Assembly: GCA_030141605.1 (NCBI GenBank)
Contig: JAQGDQ010000529.1
Coordinates: 88,713-152,712, forward strand
DNA: 64,000 nt
Reading direction: 5' to 3'
Source of the DNA: Tubiluchus corallicola
Taxonomy: Eukaryota; Animalia; Priapulida
The notes beneath the pieces were generated by a model that worked only from the letters and a program-made list of their open reading frames with translations, ran no database searches and was not told the DNA's origin. This document shows, piece by piece, positions 17,576 to 64,000 of this stretch (its first letter is position 1; every line of letters starts with the position of its first letter). A program made the position numbers and the translations under genes.

Positions 17576-18052
17576 CAGGGATGAGAATGACAAATTGCAA
17601 AACACTGTGAGACAGGCCGTAGGCAGCAACAAATTGTAATTTTGTAACCATAGAGAGCCTCTAAGTGGACTTAAATTATCAATTACCTTGTTTCATGCAT
17701 AATTTAAAATACCCAACTATCAAGGATACATGATACCTAATTGACTCAAAAACGTCTAAGTACTGGCCACTCCTATGCAAAAGTATATAAAAACTGTCTG
17801 CAATTGACTCAAATAACTCTGCGCAATTGATTCTATATTTTTATACATAGAGATATACACGTGGTTACATTGATGTACGTGATGTAAACAAAGTGACGGC
17901 CTGCCAACTAGCGGCCACAACTAGTAGTTTGTGAAATAATGTACTGGGGCCGTAAAAATTTTCTCAACGAATTTACGCGATTTACAAAAATGGCACTACT
18001 GGTCTTCCAAAAACTCGGAATTCCGCGTATCCGCAGAATATTCTCATCCCTG
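17576..18052 (+). mobile_element. MITE family B (CAGGGATGAGAAT TIR)
   Basis: 13-bp TIR CAGGGATGAGAAT/ATTCTCATCCCTG; second copy at 34815-35324. Confidence 0.85.
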
Positions 18053-18573
18053 AAACGTATGCCTATCCGACGTGTGTGGTTTCAGCAGGATGTAAGCGAC
18101 AGCCCAAACAGCCCCTGTCATGAACCATTTTATTTTGTACGCCAAATTGTAAACTTTAGCCTGACTTCTTTATTCATTGTTACAATTTTTGTTATTAAGA
18201 ATTAATCTGCATTATGATACCCTGCTGTTGCTTGAAAATAGAACTGTTGTAGCCATTTTTACCTTTGTTCATGATAAAGTCTTTTATCAGACATTACCCA
18301 CATTTTGTTCTCTTAGTCTTTTACTTAACACTGTAAGTTACCATACATTATGTGAATGCGCAGTTACTTAGTTATAATAAAAACTAATAATTATGAGTAT
18401 TTGCTGGAGAATCAAGTAGAAATTTATGCTAATTTTCAGCCCAGTGCACATTTCACGTAAAAAACATCAGACGGTAAAATAAACCTCAATAGAGGTATTA
18501 CAGCAAAAATTTAAATAGAACTTACCCAATTTCAAATGTCATTGTATGGCTACATGTTGTAGTTTACCCAATT

Positions 18574-43380
<24,807 letters not shown>

Positions 43381-43700
43381 AATTTATGATTATCGTTTTT
43401 AGCTATACTTTAACTAAATATTATGCTGAAGATATTATAAACTTTTTTTAAGAATCGCAGAAAATTTACGAATACAGTTACTACTCAAAAAAACTGACAA
43501 GTAAAACTTCTAAACAAGAGCACGGTTTTGTTGATTGACATAAAGCGCCATCTACTACTAGTTATTAGTATTATTAGCTGTGACTCACTAGCGTCACCAT
43601 TGGCGGTGTGAGTAAATAATTGTAACTTTCAAAACAGCGTAAAATTTAAAATTCGTGTTTGACCTGCATGCCTGTGTGTAATTGTAATTCTTAAAAAATT
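43381..43700. promoter_or_regulatory. Probable bidirectional promoter FBXW8/CDC20
   Basis: Divergent genes; ATTGG (CCAAT box) 43599-43603 overlapping E2F-like TTGGCGG; CHR-like TTCAAA 43628-43633 and TTTAAA 43645-43650; GCGCCATCT near 43545. Confidence 0.5.
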
Positions 43701-44739
43701 AATGAGTTCGCATTAAACTAGTGAGCTGGCATTAGTTAAACAAAGATTAGTGTCAACGTTTGCTCGGTTACTCTTTCTGGTATTGTAGTGTACTTTGCTT
43801 AAACTCTGTTGTTGGTTTTCACGTATTAGTAAGTAGTATTTTACTAGCTTAACTTCTTTTAATCTGATTGATGAGACATAGTCACCTAGACAGTGTACTT
43901 TGCTTAAACTCTGTTGTTGGTTTTCACGTACTACTACTGAGTACTAGTAAGTACTATTTTACTAGCTTAACTTCTTTTCATCTGATTGATGAGACATAGT
44001 CACCTAAACAGTCGCGAAGTGCAATAAAATTTTGATTTGTTTTAAAAGATCTATTCATCCTTCTTTCATTTTAAGTAATATCTTGTAAGTATCGTACAAT
44101 TAAATCATTATGACATTAACAATAACTATTAACTAGAATACGTTACCTTATCCAAAGAAATAAGGACCTAGATGGTAACTATCTGTAAACGGTCCTCTCT
44201 CACATGCTTTTGAAATTTTCAACTATTGAAGCACGATACATAATTATATGCACGATATTGCAACATAAAAAAATGGAACAGCTTTCATTTTCAACGTAAT
44301 AGCTAGTTTTCAGTCTATCGTTTCTTGCTAAATTCTTATGATTAACTAGGCCTTTAATGTCTCGTATGCAGTTGGTGTGCATGCTGTATATTGAATTCTT
44401 GCCTCTCATTATAATACATGTTTAGGCAAATTAGCTATGTAATAAACCTTACATACATCCATTGCTCCTGCTTCTAAAGTTCTATTCAAAACAGTCATAC
44501 CCACTTTTATGTGATTACTGGCATACCACACAGGTTTAAGTGTGCTTATTTAGCTCTATTACTAAATTCTTAGGCATCTTTAAAAGGCTATAGTCTTGTG
44601 CATACGATATGCACATACAGTGCATGTATACATATATTATGTACTTACATTGTATTGTCTTAGTTATAACTGTCTCCTTTTGTTACAGCTCTGATTTATC
44701 AGCTGACTGCACACATTTGCTGGGAGAAATCCTGTATAC

Positions 44740-46323
44740 ATGGCCCACTTTGCTTTTGAGGCAGCCGTGAATGAAGCTGTACGAATGGATGCTCCGCTAA
44801 GAAGAGGTCCTCCTCCAAGGTGGCAAAGAAAAAATGCTTCTGCTAGTTTTAACACATCAAAATCTGGGGAGCAGGAAAACGTGGGTTCTAAACAGACATC
44901 AAAAGCACACGGAGATTCAAAAACTCCGTTGAAGGGAAGGTCTACGCCTGGTAACACTCCTACTACTGGAGTAAACGGAGCAAAGAGTAAACTGAACAAG
45001 TCCGGGTCAAGAACACCTGGTCGAAAAGGTTCCAAGAAGACACCAACTACGCCTCTTGAAGACAGATTCATCCCCAACAGAAGCACGACTGATCAGGAGC
45101 TATCTCATTATTTGCTAGTAACAAGCTCTGAAAATGAAAATACTTCGAGCCAAAGTCCGAGCAAAGCGGAATTTCAAAAGCGAATGGCGGAAAACTTGAA
45201 CGACGGCCACGTCGACGATGCTAAAGTGCTGAGTTTTAAGGCCAAAGCTCAACCAGTTAAGGATGGTTCCGCCAGCAATCTTCGCGTGATTTACAGCAGC
45301 AAGAAGAACATTAAGAAAAATTCCACTTCAACGAGGCACATCAGCCAGACGTCAGAGAGAATTCTAGATGCACCTGAGCTGATCAACGATTACTACCTAA
45401 ACTTGCTAGACTGGTCTGCCAATAACTATCTTGCAGTTTCTCTAGGAGGTGCAGTGTACTTATGGAATGCGTTCGACGGCAGCATTTCCCAACTTCTAGA
45501 AATGGAAGGCGACGATTACGTTTCCTGCGTTTCCTGGATAAAAGAAGGAAACATCCTGGCTGTGGGAAATTCCTCAGGATCAGTACAGCTGTGGGACGTG
45601 GAACACAGCAAGATTATCCGTACTATGACGGGTCATGCGGCTCGTGTCGGTGCGCTGTCCTGGAACTCTTATATTCTCTCCAGTGGTTCAAGGACTGGTG
45701 CCATCCATCATCACGATGTCCGCGTGGCTGAGCACAACGTGGGCACTCTTTTGCATCACACGCTAGAGGTATGCGGGCTAAAATGGTCACCGGATGGAAA
45801 ATGTCTTGCCAGTGGCGGAAACGACAACCTTGTAAATCTATGGGAATTTGGCAATGATCAGCCAGTCCATACTCTTACGCAGCATGTTTCTGCAGTTAAG
45901 GCTCTAGCGTGGTGTCCATGGCAGTCATCACTGCTTGCATCTGGTGGCGGTACGGCGGACAGGTGTATACGGTTTTGGAACTCGCACTCCGGAGCGTGTC
46001 TGAACACTGTCGACACGGGTTCACAAGTTTGCTCGATTTTGTGGTCGAAAGAATATAAGGAGCTGATATCCGGACATGGGTACTCCCAGAATCAGTTGAT
46101 TATCTGGAAGTACCCTGTCATGTCCAAGGTCACTGAACTTACTGGACACCAGGAAAGAGTTTTATGTCTTTGCATGTCGCCGGATGGTCAAATTGTGGCA
46201 AGTGCTGCAGCTGACGAAACTGTCCGATTGTGGAAATGCTTCACCGTGGATCAATCAGCTAAGAAAAGTGCAAGTAGTAGCCGTCCGAAACCGATCAGCA
46301 TGATGAATCGTGGAATAAGGTAA
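44740..46323 (+). CDS. CDC20: Cell division cycle protein 20 (fizzy), APC/C coactivator, 527 aa, intronless CDS
   Basis: C-box DRFIPNR, Mad2-binding-like KVLSF, RILDAPELINDYYLNLLDWS WD40 start, EVCGLKWS, LASGGGTADRCIRFWN, C-terminal IR tail; 5'UTR acceptor ttacag near 44688; AATAAA near 46792. Confidence 0.97.
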   Translation: MAHFAFEAAVNEAVRMDAPLRRGPPPRWQRKNASASFNTSKSGEQENVGSKQTSKAHGDSKTPLKGRSTPGNTPTTGVNGAKSKLNKSGSRTPGRKGSKKTPTTPLEDRFIPNRSTTDQELSHYLLVTSSENENTSSQSPSKAEFQKRMAENLNDGHVDDAKVLSFKAKAQPVKDGSASNLRVIYSSKKNIKKNSTSTRHISQTSERILDAPELINDYYLNLLDWSANNYLAVSLGGAVYLWNAFDGSISQLLEMEGDDYVSCVSWIKEGNILAVGNSSGSVQLWDVEHSKIIRTMTGHAARVGALSWNSYILSSGSRTGAIHHHDVRVAEHNVGTLLHHTLEVCGLKWSPDGKCLASGGNDNLVNLWEFGNDQPVHTLTQHVSAVKALAWCPWQSSLLASGGGTADRCIRFWNSHSGACLNTVDTGSQVCSILWSKEYKELISGHGYSQNQLIIWKYPVMSKVTELTGHQERVLCLCMSPDGQIVASAAADETVRLWKCFTVDQSAKKSASSSRPKPISMMNRGIR

Positions 46324-48420
46324 CATCAACTGTCCAGTAGCTTACAGAGTGAATTTTGAAGTGTCGCTTAACGTCATCGCAGTCTGCATTTTTGAATGAC
46401 TAATTTTGCAGACATTATTGTTGACATAATAATACAATTAACAAGTGATGCTAATGAAATTAAATTCGTGTAATTACTCACTAGTGTCTATTATGCTCAG
46501 CTCTGCGAGAGTACTTGCAAGTGCTGGGTAGTTAAATCATCTTATCTTTCATTCTATGTAAATTGCTCATGTGTATACAAAGCAGTTGTGTAGTTTTTAC
46601 GATATCACGTTTATGCTATAGCTTTTCGAAAGCTTTATGGATGTACTTTTTTGCTCATTATAATCCTCGTGTTTTTAGTTGATATCTGTGTCTCTTGATT
46701 AGATGTGGTCGACTCTGTTCATTTTCTACACTAATAATGCACTTCTTTATTTTTGTATAATTTGCACGTATATGAAGGTTTTACTAATTAAAATAAAGTT
46801 TTTTTTTAAAGAACAGTTTGGCTTTCCAGAAGATCAATTACAAGGTTTTGTCGATATCAAGGACATGCTTTACTAAGTTTTTACCTTATCGACGCTACGC
46901 TAACAACACTAGTCAATCATCTTTGTAAAACACTATAGACAAAAAATCTGTACAAACTTGACGAAGCTGCATATAATAAACATATTTATTATTACAAGTT
47001 TGATATATAAAACAAATTATCTCACACTTGGAATGAGCATACCCTAGTAGTTAAAATTCTAAGAGCTGCCTGAATGCATAGCATCTGAATGCATATTACA
47101 CAATGACTGATAACAGATAATATGTAGTTTTCATTTTTATTTCAACTCAATTTCAAATGCATGACTGAACGTAAAACAACATTCACGCACTTGCGCAGTT
47201 GAGTAGTAAAAGAAAACTCGATGTCACCAAAATTCTTGCAATAAATTTAAGTGTGGCAGACATATTTTGCAAAGGACATTCAAAAATTATGGATTAACAT
47301 TCAAAGTTGGTTTCTCAAGACACTTGTTTACATCTTATAATACAACAAACATGACCATTGGGTTGGTAACATGCATTTAATGTAAGCCAGCAAAAAATAA
47401 ATTTCTTATTTCGTTTTTGGAAATGGTTTCGCTAAAAAGTTACGTATACATTAATTAAAAATGTATTGTAAAATAATGCATATGATATATTTTAGTATAT
47501 ATATTAATAGTTCTTAACTATTTATAAATCCACTAAAGGAAATTCGTATAAGTAACACACAAACTTCAATGTAAAACAAACCGATGTTTGTAGAGGAGGA
47601 CAATCAGATCGTTTTTTTTTATTTCTACATTTCTTTTCCTTTAATTTCTTTCACTAAAACATAAACTTTTTAGGTCACTTGTTTTTGAATGAAGCAATAA
47701 CTGATCCAAAAGCTGCAGCCACTTTTTCGTCTAACGTAAATAGACACACAGTGGTCCACATCCAGTGGCATAGCAAGTGCTTGTTGTGGCACCCAGAGTA
47801 AAAAAATTTCTGGCACCCTACCCTTTCAATGTTTTGATCAGGTGAAGCCACAAATTTTGGCATTTATTTTTCATCCCCGAGTCCCACTTTCCTTTTTCGA
47901 CATGACGGAATAAAGATACGCTCATTTTTTCTAGGAAGCACCCAAGTTTGATCTGCAGTAGTCTAGCAGAATAACTCTGTTATGCATTAGTTGCCCATAA
48001 CTTCAGTTGCCATTTTTAGGCTGAATGTACTATGTAGTAATTAACTAATTAACTTAGCTATGGTGATCTCTGACTAGGCAATTTCATTGTAGTTTGAAAG
48101 CTTGTTAATGTCAGAGTAGTAATTAATAATTAACAGTGACTGAACTCGGCGCGCTCTTACCCTTGCGCCCGGGGGGTAATTTCCGCCACCTTGCTACGCC
48201 TCTGCCTACATCCATTAGCAGGTATATTAATCAATAGTTGCTCGAGAACATTAACAGGTTTATTAAAACTGAATGCATGATTTAGCTAAAATGTTTAAGA
48301 ATGTTGAAAAATTGCAAACAAGTCTAGCTACATGGAACTCACTAAAATACACTAAAAACCTAATCTGAAATAAACAAAAGAGAAGCTTTGGTTAAATAAT
48401 GGAAATAATAAATAAGAATA

Positions 48421-48737
48421 CAGTGGACCCTCGGTAAACCGGACCCTGTTGGCCCGGATATCGGATAAGACGGACGTCATCCGTGGTAAACGAAACTGAC
48501 CAAATTCCGTCCGAGCCGGAGTGCTAAACACAACACGGTCTACCAACTGTACAATAATTTCTTTATCCTCACAGGTTAACTATTTTAAAGTAATATACAG
48601 TATAGTATATAATGCAATGTATATAGACCTTATTAAGATGATTATTCCTGTATAATATAGACCATATATAGGCATATCGGATGAATCGGCTAAACCGGAC
48701 CCCCCCCCAATTAGTCCGGTTTAACGAGGGTTGACTG
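48421..48737. mobile_element. Tc1/mariner (pogo/Tigger-like) MITE
   Basis: TA|CAGTGGACCCTCGGTAAACCGGAC ... GTCCGGTTTAACGAGGGTTGACTG|TA. Confidence 0.85.
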
Positions 48738-50126
48738 TAGTTTGTTTTCTTAATGTAAATACATTTACATTATACTACCAGTATCAAATACATAGCTACA
48801 TAGTTGATATGTCGATAAATGTATGATTAGCTTATCAACTTACTCATTTAGATTTACGTTTGATATTACACTTTTCGACAAATGCTAAAATCGTAAAACT
48901 TGCCCTGAATAAAAAGATACAATAATTCTTCTTTGGCAATTATGCTTCCTTTGTAGCTCGGGAAAAATCAATCGGATGCAGGTATAATGCTTAGAACTAT
49001 TACATGTAGTATATAAAAATTGCCGTCCCATAAGTGTCATGTAACACTAATGGTTAGGCATGGAAGATTTCTGCTGATCATTAGTATGCATAACTTCAAC
49101 AGGCTAATACTATTAAGAAAAACAGTGCGTTATATCAACAAAAATAGTGAAAAAGGAACAAATCAGAGATGACTCCGATGAACATACAATAACTTTTAGA
49201 ATAACTTTCAGTTTCCTGCTATTTAAAAACTTACATTTTTGCAAAGTCAGTAAACAGAATTTTGCTAACGCGACACTTGTGATTGTATGCAGCCGGTCAA
49301 TTTAGCTACCTGTTAGTGCAAATTGCTGCCTAGTTAATGCAGACTACCAAACACCGTGCAGTGTAACATTCGAGTCCCATGTTTGCACGTACAAAAACAT
49401 GCTAAGCACGCGTCGTTCTTACAAGTGAAAACAAAAAAAAAAAACTAACATTTTTCCCAAATAAAAACTGTCACCACATAGAAATGGACTAACAGCAAAC
49501 TTTCATAATTAAAGAAGGAAAACCAGATAAGGAAAACTCGTCCGGTTTAGAACGCTCTATTTGAAAAAGCAAGATCACTGTTGCCACGTACTGCAAGACA
49601 CGATACGATACGATAAGTTAACAGATACGGTGCATACCATATCAGAATGTATCATAAATAGACTCTCTCTTAACTGCTAAATGTTTTTTGATCAACAGCT
49701 TTGATAGTTTGTCTCATTAGAAATAGACAAAAACTGGTGTAACCGTTTCTTACCATACTGTTTGCTTTATGTGTAAGTTTAATTACACTTGCATTTCATT
49801 TCCACCCCCTTATACCTCCCACTTTCTATACTTCTTTAGTCAAAAATAGAGCACAGTTAAAACTTGTTTACTGTTTTTGCTTAGAAGATGAATGATGGTG
49901 TGTGTTTCGTAAATATGGTGTGTGTTGTTTCAACTCTACGTAAAGCAGTACCAGTGATACAATTTGTGGATTTCTGAAACTTTCGTAATTTCATTAGCTG
50001 CGTGTTAATTGATCGCGAAAACGTGTGGTCTATGAAAAAGAAATTTCTATGACAACTTGAAGTTGCAGGTAATTTGCAAGCAACTTTTCAAAACTCATTA
50101 ATTTTAAAAACCTGCCAACAAAGCTA

Positions 50127-50278
50127 ATATGTAGGTGTGTGGTTGCGGGAGGGAGGTGGGTGAATATGTAGGTGTGTGGTTGCGGGAGGGAGGTGGGTGA
50201 ATATGTAGGTGTGTGGTTGCGGGAGGGAGGTGGGTGGTTGCGGGAGGGAGGCGTGTGGTTGCAGGAGGGAGGTGGGTC
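50127..50278. repeat. 37-bp G-rich tandem repeat in the S6K 3'UTR region
   Basis: Unit AATATGTAGGTGTGTGGTTGCGGGAGGGAGGTGGGTG x3 plus shorter units. Confidence 0.9.
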
Positions 50279-50614
50279 AAGTGAAGCTACTACCAAGTTC
50301 TAGCTGTGGTTTACAATCCGTTTAATTAGCTAGTTAACTAACTAACAATTGACAAACGAAAGTACGTGAAAATATTATAAAAACGACAAATCCGTTTTAG
50401 CAAACATATAATTTTCACAGGTAAAAAATTCAGGATATTACTAGTTAAAATAAAGAATTAACTGACAAAGAGCCACGCAATTATTCGTCCACATAGTTAA
50501 GGCATACCGAGTCTCTCTCCCATCTGATTACTTCAAAATATATAACAAGTAATCATATACCTCAAAACAATTTGTTATTCCCTATTTTATTACCTAGTAG
50601 CACAGCTAATATAG

Positions 50615-62837
<12,223 letters not shown>

Positions 62838-63644
62838 CACTAAGCTAAGAACAGTGCTAATGTCATATGAACGCAAATATAACAAGAACCTTTGAAAGAA
62901 ATATGCACTACTAATGCATGAGATGCGTGCCGGGTTAGGATAATGCTCATTATGTAATTTTAGAAAATTAACGTTAAGCTGCATATTTTAGTAAAGCTTA
63001 AAGTTCCGATAAATATTGACATTCTAGACATGCAAGTTCAAATAAATGACAGTATAGAGAAAAGTTACGCCTTACTGTATACAATTTTTCTTGGTTACAG
63101 CAATGTAGGTGCACATACTGGGCTCATCTAAGCTTGTATACCCGTACAATTAACAAGTCATAACTCTACTGGTCATTTTAAGCTTCGTTTAAAATTTATT
63201 AAATTAAAATTCAATAGCATCACCATGATTCGCCTGTCCTGTCATCGGCATTCAAATAAAAAAATGAACGCCACAAAGCTACATGAACTGGGGCATTCAA
63301 ATCTTGCCTACTGAAACACGCTGCAGAAGGATTTTACGCTGATTCAAATATGAAATGTGAACGTGGAACATGGACCGAGATTTTGAGGTACATCGACGTG
63401 GCTGACATCTGATTTTTATAACCTACACCAAAGTCACGTGGTTACACCGTACATGTGCACCAATGACATCTTGTTTTTACAAATTCATTACAATCTGTAC
63501 AACTACAACTGCTGACACCTCATTCCTACAACCTGAACCAAAGTATGTAGTTTTACTGTACATTTCCAATACTGACATCTCTTTTTATCACCCTATACCT
63601 GATACCAGCAGAATGATACCACCCTGCACATTCATGTCAAACGA

Positions 63645-64000
63645 CACCTCATTTTTTTTTACACCCTACACCAATGTGACATGGTTCTTACTGCAAATTA
63701 CATCAATAATACCTCATTTTTTCACACCCTACACCAATGGGATGTGGTTCTTATTGCAAATTACATTAACAATACCTCATTTTTTACACCCTACACCAAT
63801 GGGATGTGGTTCTTATTGCAAATTACATTAACAATACCTCATTTTTTCACACCCTACACCAATGGGATGTGGTTCTTATTGCAAATTACATTAACAATAC
63901 CTCATTTTTTACACCCTACACCAATGGGATGTGGTTCTTATTGCAAATTACATTAACAATACCTCATTTTTTACACCCTACACCAATGGGATGTGGTTCT
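63645..64000. repeat. 62-63-bp minisatellite, runs off the window
   Basis: Unit ACCTCATTTTTTACACCCTACACCAATGGGATGTGGTTCTTATTGCAAATTACATTAACAAT. Confidence 0.95.

Noticed and set aside
62838-64000. A third copy of the S6K alternative exon or the preceding kinase exon
   Set aside because: No PPFT..NRKKT or DWWSLG-type coding found by eye here or in 57957-61831; upstream exons must lie beyond the window.

Overview
AT-rich, intron-containing genomic DNA from an invertebrate animal (GT-AG introns, many MITEs, SINEs, LINE fragments and minisatellites); it is not prokaryotic and has no CRISPR array. I assembled six protein-coding genes by hand from splice sites and reading frames: (1) the 5' part of a signal-peptide Ig-domain gene (minus, runs off the left edge); (2) Orai Ca2+ channel (plus, 2 coding exons); (3) an 8-exon FBXW8-like F-box/WD40 gene (minus, about 671 aa); (4) a secreted glycine-rich protein gene nested on the same strand in FBXW8 intron 4; (5) CDC20/fizzy with an intronless CDS, head-to-head with FBXW8; (6) the 3' half of p70 S6 kinase (minus, runs off the right edge). 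The most striking feature is in S6K: two tandem-duplicated 108-nt kinase-domain exons that look mutually exclusive. They are separated by a 202-nt intron largely occupied by a 137-nt sense-strand RNA hairpin, and an upstream intronic element could pair with both hairpin arms as a competing fold. Other notable items are a 5S-rRNA-headed, RTE-tailed SINE family, an Orai lacking the conserved R91-equivalent basic pore residue, and two minisatellites that appear to have grown from single units inside DNA transposons. All homology calls rest on motif recognition, not database searches.
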